Below, one piece after another: positions 54,728 to 64,000 of a DNA stretch of 64,000 nt; the first letter of the stretch is position 1; the number at the start of each line of letters is the position of its first letter. The stretch is from Eledone cirrhosa (lineage: Eukaryota). The stretch spans positions 13,578,001-13,642,000 of the forward strand of contig OZ024766.1 in NCBI GenBank assembly GCA_964016885.1, read 5' to 3'. The notes beneath the pieces are model-generated. The model was not told the DNA's origin. It saw nothing but the letters and a program-made list of their open reading frames with translations, and searched no databases. The position numbers and the translations under genes were made by a program.

Positions 54728-56057
54728 TTCTATTAGTTTGCCGTAATAAATTTTTAACTGGAAAATTCGCCCCAAAAAGGAGCGAAAATAAATAAACTCA
54801 AAGTTTGACGACCAAGGCAAGGGGTTAACGTATATTACAGTATAAAAAATTAATCAAAACTCACTTTTTGAGTAAGTAAATCCGACTCGGTAGCCGAGCT
54901 TGTTCACACACGTCAACACACGTCTCTCGTATACGAGATATTATGTGAGGTAAAGCCTTTACTGTGACAATACAATAGTATATATAGAGTCATGTAAATG
55001 TTATGTGAGATATTATGTGAAGTAAAGCCTTTACTGTGAAAATACAATAGTATATATAGAGTCATGTAAATGTTATGTGAGGTATTATGTGAGGTAAAGC
55101 CTCTACTGTGAAAATACAATAGTATATATAGAGTAATGTAAATGTTATGTGAGATATTATGTGAGGTAAAGCCTTTACTGTGACAATACAATAGTATATA
55201 TAGAGTAATGTAAATGTTATGTGAGATATTATGTGAGGTAAAGCCTTTACTACAAAAATACAATAGTATATATAGAGTAATGTAAATGTTATGTGAGATA
55301 TTATGTGAGGTAAAGCCTCTACTGTGAAAATACAATAGTATATAAAGAGTAATGTAAATGTTATGTGAGATATTATGTGAAGTAAAGCCTTTACTGTGAC
55401 AATACAATAGTATATATAGAGTAATGTAAATGTTATGTGAGGTATCATGTGAGGAAAAGCCTCTACTGTGACAATACAATAGTATATATAGAGTCATGTA
55501 AATGTTATGTGAGATATTATGTGAGGTAATGCCTTTACCACAAAAATACAATATTATATATAGAGTAATGTAAATGTTATGTGAGGTATCATGTGAAGTA
55601 AAGCCTTTACTGTGACAATACAATAGTATATATAGAGTAATGAAAATGTTATGTGAGGTATTATGTGAGGTAAAGCCTTTACTGTGAAAATACAATAGTA
55701 TATATAGAGTAATGTAAATGTTATGTGAGGTATTATGTGAGGTAAAGCCTTTACTGTGAAAATACAATAGTATATATAGAATAATGTAAATGTTATGTGA
55801 GGTATTATGTGAGGTAAAGCCTTTACTGTGAAAATACAATAGTATATATAGAGTAATGTAAATGTTATATGAGGTATTTTGTGAGGTAAAGCCTTTACTG
55901 TGAAAATACAATAGTATATATAGAGTAATGTAAATGTTATGTGAGGTATTATGTGAGGTAAAGCCTTTACTGTGAAAATACAATAGTATATATAGAGTAA
56001 TGTAAATGTTATGTGAGATATTATGTGAGGTAAGGCCTTTACTGTGAAAATACAATA

Positions 56058-56416
56058 GTAGATGTAGTGACCTACATTCCGCGGGCTCACATACATTCTC
56101 TGTGCGTGATTTGGCTCAGTTCAGCCAATCAGCGCCAGTAGAAGAGGATGTATCCCTACGCGCCCTGAGGAAGAAATTCACCACGTAGATTTGAAGAATC
56201 TCTAGCTTGTACCAGAAACTTCGAGCCAGCAACACGCATAATGTAACAGTGAGATATTGCACCACTAGCCTCGCCGGCTTAACGGCGCAATGGCACATTC
56301 CATTTGGTAACCTCTTTGTATCTGTAACTTCAACCATATAAATAAACAAACATTTCATCTCTAATTACTGCGGTTGAAGTCGTTATTATGTTACTCGTGT
56401 CTCGATAACATCTACA
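56058..56416 (+). mobile_element. Probable solo-LTR-like insert
   Basis: GTAGATGT...ACATCTACA inverted ends, CCAAT box, AATAAA at 56341; no TSD found. Confidence 0.5.
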
Positions 56417-56938
56417 ACTAATACTGCTAAATATATATAGAGTAATGTAAATGTTATGTGAGGTATTATGTGAGGTAAAGCCTTTAATGTGACAAAACAA
56501 TAGTATATATAGAGTAATGTAAATGCTAAAGAGTTAAAATATAACTTAACAAATGTTCTTACATAAAGTTAGGCTAGAAGGTTTTAAGATATATAATATC
56601 AAAATCTCATAGATTTGATATTATGTGAGATAATTATGTAAGATAAAGTCTTTACCACAAAAATGTAATATTAGATATGGAGTAATGTAAATGCTAAAGG
56701 GTTAAGGGTATGCATATCTGTGGAATACTCAGCCACTTGCACGTTAATTTCATGAGCAGGCTGTTCCAGTAATAGTGTCAACTGGAACACTCATTGTTGT
56801 AACCGACAGTGCCAGTTCAAGTTCAAGGGGTAGAGTTGATTCAGACAGTTTGGTATCCAAACAGTTAAACAATTAGGAACATGTGTGATTCATGCCATTT
56901 ATAAATAAATGTCTTTAGTAAATGGTGACATTCTAGAA

Positions 56939-57982
56939 CAGAGGTTCTCAAACTTTTTGGGGCCATCGCCCCCCTCACAGCCTTGTAATACCCTCTAAAA
57001 CACCACACCTATTTCCAGAGAGACCTACCTACAAGCAAATTGTAAATAATATATAATACATAAAATGGTTGATATATAATAAATAATTCTTTCTACTATT
57101 GGCACAAGGCCAGCAATTACTCCAGTGTATTACTGGTACTGTATTTTATCGACCCAGTAAAGGTGAAAGGCAAAATTAAACTAGGACGGATATAAACTCA
57201 GATCATAAAGGGCCGTAACTCTATGCTGCAAAGCATGGTGTCCTACCTTCTATAATATATCGAAAGTCGATCAACTTCCATCAAATTGGACCACGGAATC
57301 AATGCTTCCATTGGTCTTTCCAATTGCTAATACTATCTATCAGTTGCAACTCCAGGTAGAAAGAACAATCTCACAACCTCACGATTGCAAATCCTATTCT
57401 CTAATCACTCAGCCTTCACTATCATCATCATTATCATCATTTTACATCTGCTTTTCCCTGCTTGTAAGGGTGGGACAGGTCTTATTAAACACAGCATCTC
57501 TCCATTTGTCACAGTACCTTGTCATCTCCTCCATGAGCTTCAGTGATCTGAGGTCTGCTCTCACCACCTCTGCCCATGTTTTTCGTGATCTTCCTCTACT
57601 GTGTCTTCCTTCTACTGGGATTTCTTGGCAGTTCTTTACCCAGCTGTCATCCACCATGCGCATCACATGTCCATACCAACACAGTCTTCTCTCCCACACA
57701 CTACAACTTATCCCTCTTATACACAGTTTCTCTCTCAACTCGTCTATACTTTGTCGTTCACACACATTGACATCACACATGCAACAGCATATACTTGCTT
57801 CATTTCTATCCACTATATAATATATACTATGTATCAATAAATATCATATACTTTTTTATTTTACTATATTTATATATAAAATTTATCATATTATATTTGA
57901 TATACTATTATATCCTCTCCACCCCCATCCTTAAGCCCCAGCACCCCTCTTGGGGCAGTAGCACCCACTTTGAGAACCTCTG
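56939..57982 (+). mobile_element. hAT MITE with nested SINE and RTE 3' fragment (57420-57815, minus)
   Basis: TIR CAGAGGTTCTCAAA, TSD TTCTAGAA/TTCTAGAG. Confidence 0.88.
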
Positions 57983-58061
57983 TTCTAGAGGGAAGTGAAA
58001 TTGTAAAGTGTAACAGGCAAGAAGACAAAATTTTTCCAAACAAACAAAAAAACCAACTTAC

Positions 58062-58319
58062 TATCAATATAGTTATAATATATCCTTAGTTGGGAAATAT
58101 CGTATGTTTGTCTGAGTTCAAGAGTCCACAATGATGTTGGAGAGCTCATTGTATGAGAACAAGATCTGTGTTGTGGGTTTTGATCGAAGTTACCATCTAC
58201 AGCCAGGTTAGCTGACATTGAGTACATTTCATTGCGACAAACATTGTTTTTCATTAGAATTACACTGCTTGTTTTGTCTGTCGTGGTTTGTGTAGCTACT
58301 TCACCAATAGCTATATTTC
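58062..58319 (-). CDS. F-type lectin / F5-8C-like domain, N-terminal exon
   Basis: tcag/GTAAGT, 258 nt, phase 1-1; NIAIGEVATQ..ANLAVDGN..SCSHT..WTLEL..ISQLRIY follows the fucolectin consensus. Confidence 0.85.
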
Positions 58320-58950
58320 CTGACAAAGAATGAAAGAAAATTTAATGAAAGTCAATTACTATGAAATGAAATGGATCTCAGTCAGTTGAAACGATGATTG
58401 ATCCAGTGGGAAAAGACAAATGGTTTTCTATATACTAAACTTTTGAAATATCTTTTACGTTATCTCTAAATTATTCCATATTTCCAGTAGAGGCATGTGG
58501 CCTAGTGTTAAGTGTGTTGGACTTACAATCATAATGTCATGGGTTCGATTTCTGGGGTGGGTTGTGTGTTGTGTTCTTGAGCAAAACACTTCATTTCACG
58601 TTGCTCCAGTATACTCTGCTGAAAATGAGCACCAGCAATAGCTGTGGAGGGTGTAACCCTGCAATGGACTGATGTCCTGTCCAGGAGGAAGTCTTGTACT
58701 CACAATCGCTTTATGCCATGAAACCAGGATAAGCATTGGCCTAATGAGCCTTCAGGCTTGAGACAGTATAGTCCTATACGAACGAGACACGGTCACCCGA
58801 CCAATCTTGCCTCAATTGGGACAACTCCCGACTAACCCATGCTAGCATGGAAGGTAGATGTAAACGATGATGATGATGATGATGATATAGCAACCACAGC
58901 CTCAACAGCGACAGCAACAACAACGGCATGATAATTAGAAATCTACTTAC

Positions 58951-59094
58951 TATAGGTTTTTACTTGGCAATCCGGTCCGGTCCATCCTTCTTCACAACCA
59001 TATGGGCAAGCCCCAGTTTGTTGATGGCAGTCAGCATCGTTTAAACAATGGCATTGCTTGTTACAAGTATATCCATACCATTGAGATGCACAAC
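58951..59094 (-). CDS. EGF-like exon CASQWYGYTCNKQCHCLNDADCHQQTGACPYGCEEGWTGPDCQVKTY
   Basis: AG/GTAAGT, 144 nt, phase 1-1, MEGF10/SCARF-type cysteine spacing. Confidence 0.85.
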
Positions 59095-59164
59095 CTATGT
59101 TAAAAGTTAGAATTTATCACACTGATGGACTACATTTCCACAGTTCTCTCTCATCTACAGTTAA

Positions 59165-60050
59165 TTGTTTCTACTATTTGGCACAAGGTACCAGTAATAC
59201 ACAGGGGTAATTGCTGAATTACCTCAGTGCATTACTGGTACTTTATTTTATTGACTCCCCCCATAAGAATGAAAGGCAAACCTTGGCGGGTTTGAAATCA
59301 GAACGTAAAGGGCCATAACTCTATGCTGCAAAGCATGGTGTCTGACACTCTACGGATTACTGCCAATCCAATAATAATAATTGTTTCTACTTTTGGCACA
59401 AGGCCAGCCAGCAATTACCCCCAGTGCATTACTGGTACTTTATTTTATCGACCTCTGTAAGAATGAAAGGCAAAGCTAACTTCAGCAGGATTTGAACTCA
59501 GAACGTAAAGGGCCATAATTCTATGCTGCAAAACATGGTGTCTGATGCTCTACGGATTACTGCCAATCCAATCCAGCAATTACCCCCAGTGCATTACTGG
59601 TACTTTATTTTATCGACCCCTGTAAGGATGAAAGGCAAAGTTAACCTCGGCGGGATTTGAACTCAGAACATAAAGGGCCGTAAACATGATGTCTGACACT
59701 CTACCGATTACTGCCAGTCTCACATAATTATCTCACCTAATATTATGGTCTGAGTTCAAATCCCGTCGAGGATAACTTTGCCATTCATCCTTACGGGGGT
59801 CGATAAAATAAAGTACCAGTAATACACTAGGGTAATTGCTGGCCTTGTGCCCCCAAAAGTAGAAACATAATGTTGAATATATTAGATTTTGATATTATCT
59901 ATTTTGAGAACATTATCTTAATAAGGGCGGTGGGTTGGCAGTATCAGTGGAGGGTCGGACGCCATGCTTTCCAGCATAGAGTTACGGCCCTTTACGATCT
60001 GAGTAATGCACTGGGTAATTGCTGGCCTTGTGCCCAAAGTAGAAACAATT
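59165..60050. mobile_element. Cluster of family C SINE pieces in both orientations
   Basis: three minus copies to about 59720, then two plus copies. Confidence 0.75.
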
Positions 60051-60207
60051 ATCTTAACATTAATATGAACGGCTGGTTACAGCCAGTTTGAACAGAAAGA
60101 GGTGAGAGAATTCTGGCCAGATACAGTCGCTTTAAATGCTAAAGGGTTAACAGTCACAGTTTGTAGAGATTAACAACTAAAGTTTGAATGAATAAAGATC
60201 AACAGAC

Positions 60208-60357
60208 CTGATAATGATAATGTTTCGATACAGGTACCCTCTCCTTTTATAGAAATAGACCAAGCGTTTACATCCCCTGAACAGCTCAAAGGTCTGGTTG
60301 TACATATTGATTTACAAAAGGGTTCCTTAGATTTGTCAAAAAATACCAAAACTGTCT
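60208..60357 (-). CDS. Candidate upstream coding exon of the lectin-EGF gene (ETVLVFFDKSKEPFCKSIC...CIETLSLS)
   Basis: tttcag acceptor, GTCTGT donor, 150 nt, open phase 1-1, joins the next exon in frame (LSG-CASQW); no recognised motif. Confidence 0.55.
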
Positions 60358-60763
60358 CTGAAATGAGAAGTGTAAATATATATATATATATATATATCAT
60401 CATCATCATCATCATCAACGTTTAACGTCCGTGTTCCACGCTTGCATGGGTTTGGACGGGGGTATTCCCACTTGAGGCAAGAGTGATTGTCAGGACTGTC
60501 TGGCAGGTTTTCTACAGTTGGATGCCCTTCCTAACACCAACCACATTTACAGTGTGGGACTGGGAGGTTTTTACCGTAATATACATATATAATATATATA
60601 TAATATATATATAATATATATATATAATATACATATATAATATATATATATAATATATATATATATAATATATATATAATATATATATATAATATATATA
60701 TATAATATACATATATAATATATATATAATATATATATATAATAGATATATAATATATATATA

Positions 60764-62084
60764 TCTATACTATAAAGCTGATGGCCGTATGTAGGTACAA
60801 ACTTTCCGCCAAACGGCTAGACCAAACAGCACCAAATTTGCTCCATAGATGTAACTTTTTCCAAGTAAAAAAGTGAGGGTATTTTTGTCTACTGAATGAT
60901 TAAAGACATTATTTAAATATTCACTTCTTTAAAATTTCAAACATCAACACTTCCGGTTATACGTCATTCCTCACTTTTCTTATGACGTCACACAACATTC
61001 CCCTCTTTTTCTTAGTCTGTATGTCTGGCTGTCTGCATTAGATAACGTTTTTCGAAATATTTACTTCTGCGTTCACAGACTGATATTTTTAGTTTCAGAA
61101 GATCCCGTTAAGGGTGAAAGCAGCGATTCTTTGCTTAAACTTTAATCTGTTATTTTAATATATATATTCGTGTACAGATATTTTTGCATACACAAAAACA
61201 AAAACCTATTTATTTCATGAAAGCACAGACGGCTTATCGTCATTGTTACTGTTCGAGGTTAGAGGACCACAGTCTTTCCAAGATCTGAGAACCATCAATG
61301 GCCATCAATGTTCCACTTACTGTTAGGCTTGCCAGATGCGTGGTATGTTACATGATGACAGCCATTGTCACCTCACCCTGCTAAATAGCTAAAGTCCCTT
61401 CTCAGCTGCGAAAACCTTTTGCTATTATGCTGCACAACTGCGATATCGCCGACCCTCTCGCACTGTGGAACAACCACTGCGAAAGTCTAGCTGAGGACAT
61501 CCTCCACCGCACACACAGACACAATCCAAACCTAACATACAATGTCGTTTTCAATGAGGCGCTCATTTGTCTTGAAAACAGAGTCCTGGAGATTGGTGGT
61601 CGGCCTCTAGGCCACTACAGCTTACCTGCTCCTGACAGGAGTGTCCAGAGGTCAACGTCTACAGAGCTTCTTTGCGAGACGAGCTACGAAATCAGTGATT
61701 CTCCCATGGTCAATTGTATGTAGGATGCTCTAGGGTTAGCTCACCAAACAATCTTTGCTCCGGAGGGCTGAACAAAAAATATTTTATACTCTGAGGCTCT
61801 AACAATGTAATTTAAATATTTTCTGTTACTTGGAATTTCCATTATGGTTGTACAAATTATTGTTTGTTAAAAAATGTGTTCTCTGTTCAGCCTTTATTGT
61901 TGTAACTATCAATTTTCTTTAACGTACTGGATGCTGAAGTGGGGAATCTTAAAAACTATTGAAACCCAACACCAGAGCACATTACCCCCCCCCCCTCGCT
62001 TACTTGAGAGGGCATGCGGTATCTTTCCTGAAAAGATAAAATGCCGGTATACTTAGCCAGGCACCAGCCGGAAAGGCCAGCTAG
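60764..62084 (+). mobile_element. Internally deleted Helitron
   Basis: A|TCTATACTATAAA start, GC-rich imperfect hairpin then CTAG|T end; RepHel remnant VRGPQSFQDLRTING..AC..GMLHDD..PSQLR..DPLALW..ESLAEDI. Confidence 0.85.
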
Positions 62085-62306
62085 TAATATATATATATAA
62101 TAAATATATAATATATATATAATTGTTTCTACTTTTGGCACAAGGCCAGCAATTACACAGTTCATTACTGGTACTTTATTTTATCGACCCACTAAGGATG
62201 AAAGGCAAAGTTAACCTTGACGGCATTTGAACTCAGGCCGTAAAGGGACATAACTATGCTGGAAAGCATGGCGTCCGACCCTCTACCGATACTGCCAATT
62301 CACCGC

Positions 62307-62342
<36 letters not shown>

Positions 62343-62469
62343 CTCACTCTTCGTGCGGCTGTTACTTAAATATAAGTATGTATACGTACATACATATATG
62401 TATACAGGCGTACAGTAGTATGTATATATATATACATACATGCACACATATATATATGTACGTATGGCA

Positions 62470-64000
62470 CTCAATGACAATGTCACAGATAAAGACAAAT
62501 TCACCTCCTGCTGCAAGACGAGAATACAAGGACCCCTCTTTATTTCAGACACAGATGACCAACAAAATCCCGTCTCCCACACCCCTCCCTGCCCCTCCAA
62601 CCCATCCATCCCACCCTCCCAACTTCAGAGTTGGTACCATGAACGTAGGCACATTGAAAGGTCGCTCAAATGAGGTTGTAGAGATGCTTGAACGTAAAGA
62701 AGTTGATGTTTGTTGTATTCAAGAGACTAGGTGGAGAGGGGGATCTGCCAGATTCATCGTGGGTAAAAAACGATGCTATAAACTTTTCTGGGTGGGAAAT
62801 GACAACGGACAGGGTAGTGTAGGAATTATGTTAGCTGAAAAATGGGTAGATAAGGTAATGACGTAAATATAGTGAATGACAGAATAATTAAATTAAGACT
62901 AGTTCTAAATAGAATTACTGTGACAATAATATCTGCTTATGCACCCCAATCTGGTCTACCTGATGTTATAAAGGACAGGTTCTATGAGATGCTAATGCAC
63001 ACTACCTCCCAAATAACCGACAGCGACTACTTAATTATTGCTAGCGATCTAAACAGTCACGTTGGACAACATAGTGATGGCTATGATGGAATTCATGGAG
63101 GCTATGGGGTTGGAAATAGAAATGAGGAGGGTTTCAGAATCCTGGAATTCTGTGATGCAAATAGCCTAACTATATGTAACACAAACTTAAAAAAACGTGA
63201 ATACCACTTGATCACCTATAGATCAGGGGAACACGCCAGCCAGATAGATTATATCCTTACTAGAAGACGGGACAAAATGTCTGTTGTAAACTCTAAATCC
63301 CTCCCCCCCGTGAAGAATGCACCTCCCAACATCGCCTAGTAGTTAGTGACCTCATAGTCAGGAATAGACGTACTTGACGACAGAGGAGGCCTACCTTGAG
63401 GGGAAGAATATGGAAGTTGAAGGACCCCATAGCCAGTGACAAATGTAAAAGCTTATTATTTGTTGCCTTTGACAATAAGGAAGAGCAATTAGAGACGTGC
63501 AATAGAGAGGAACGGTGGCAATCCTTGAAAGTGAACCTGCTGAAAGCAACGGATGAAATCTGTGGCTGGAGCAGACCTATTGGCAGGAGGAGAGTAACTT
63601 GGTGGTGGAACAGTGAGGTGGAAGAGACAATCAAGGGCAAAAAGCAGGCTTGGAAAGAATGGCAGGATGGGGGAAGTAGAGAGCACTATCAAGTGGCCAG
63701 GAGAGAAGCTAGGAGACAAGTGTACCTTGCAAAAAGGGTAGCAGAGGATAGAAAGTTCAAGCATGTTCTGCAAAGTGAGGACCAAAAACGTGAGGTGTTC
63801 AGGATTGCTAGACAATGTGTCAAGGAAAACCGTGATATTGTCGGGGAGAAGTGTGTCCATAATGATAATGGTGTACTTGCGCTCATTGATACTGATAAGC
63901 CTGGAAGTGGCACTACGAGAGACTATTAAATGAGGAGAATAAGTGGGAAAAAGATAGTCTGCCCCAAATCGATCCAATAGAAGGACCAGCGGTGCAAGGT
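62470..64000 (+). mobile_element. RTE LINE 5' part, disrupted, runs off the window
   Basis: APE motifs VGTMNVGTL, CIQETRW, SAYAPQ, SQIDY; linker TWWWN; stops and frameshifts. Confidence 0.9.

Larger units (their letters stand above)
49294..54934 (-). mobile_element. Near full-length Tx1/L1-clade LINE
   Basis: two-ORF layout, AATAAA at the 3' end, GC-rich against the flanks. Confidence 0.92.
48427..56533 (-). mobile_element. Same piggyBac-like MITE, reversed, with 72-bp satellite and nested SINE, LINE and LTR-like inserts
   Basis: TTAA-CCCTTTAGCATTTA at 48423, TAAATGCTAAAGAG-TTAA ending 56537; satellite at 48815-49293, 54935-56060, 56430-56520. Confidence 0.8.

Noticed and set aside
48814-56096. 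ORFs repeating FTSHNISHNIYITLYILLYFHSKG
   Set aside because: The 72-bp unit is a multiple of three inside a MITE; no splice or start context

Overview
AT-rich, microsatellite-laden animal genomic DNA. The SINE and RTE families suggest a coleoid cephalopod, probably an octopus (inference). The window lies inside one minus-strand multi-exon gene that the ORF track largely misses: a candidate exon, an EGF-like exon, an F-type-lectin/F5-8C-like domain split over two exons, then an array of phase-1 EGF-like exons (mostly 138 nt). Six array exons are intact, three are frameshifted, and several fragments are present; the gene runs off both ends. The introns hold RTE LINEs, a Tx1/L1-type LINE, tRNA-derived SINEs, a Helitron, and hAT and piggyBac-like MITEs that have grown internal satellites (one 8.6 kb). 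They also hold Penelope-like elements with inverted arms. The strongest unannotated signal is nine type-I hammerhead ribozyme motifs from three sequence-distinct families, all in one 22.8-kb intron; four are on the pre-mRNA strand. All calls come from manual reading; no database search was run.
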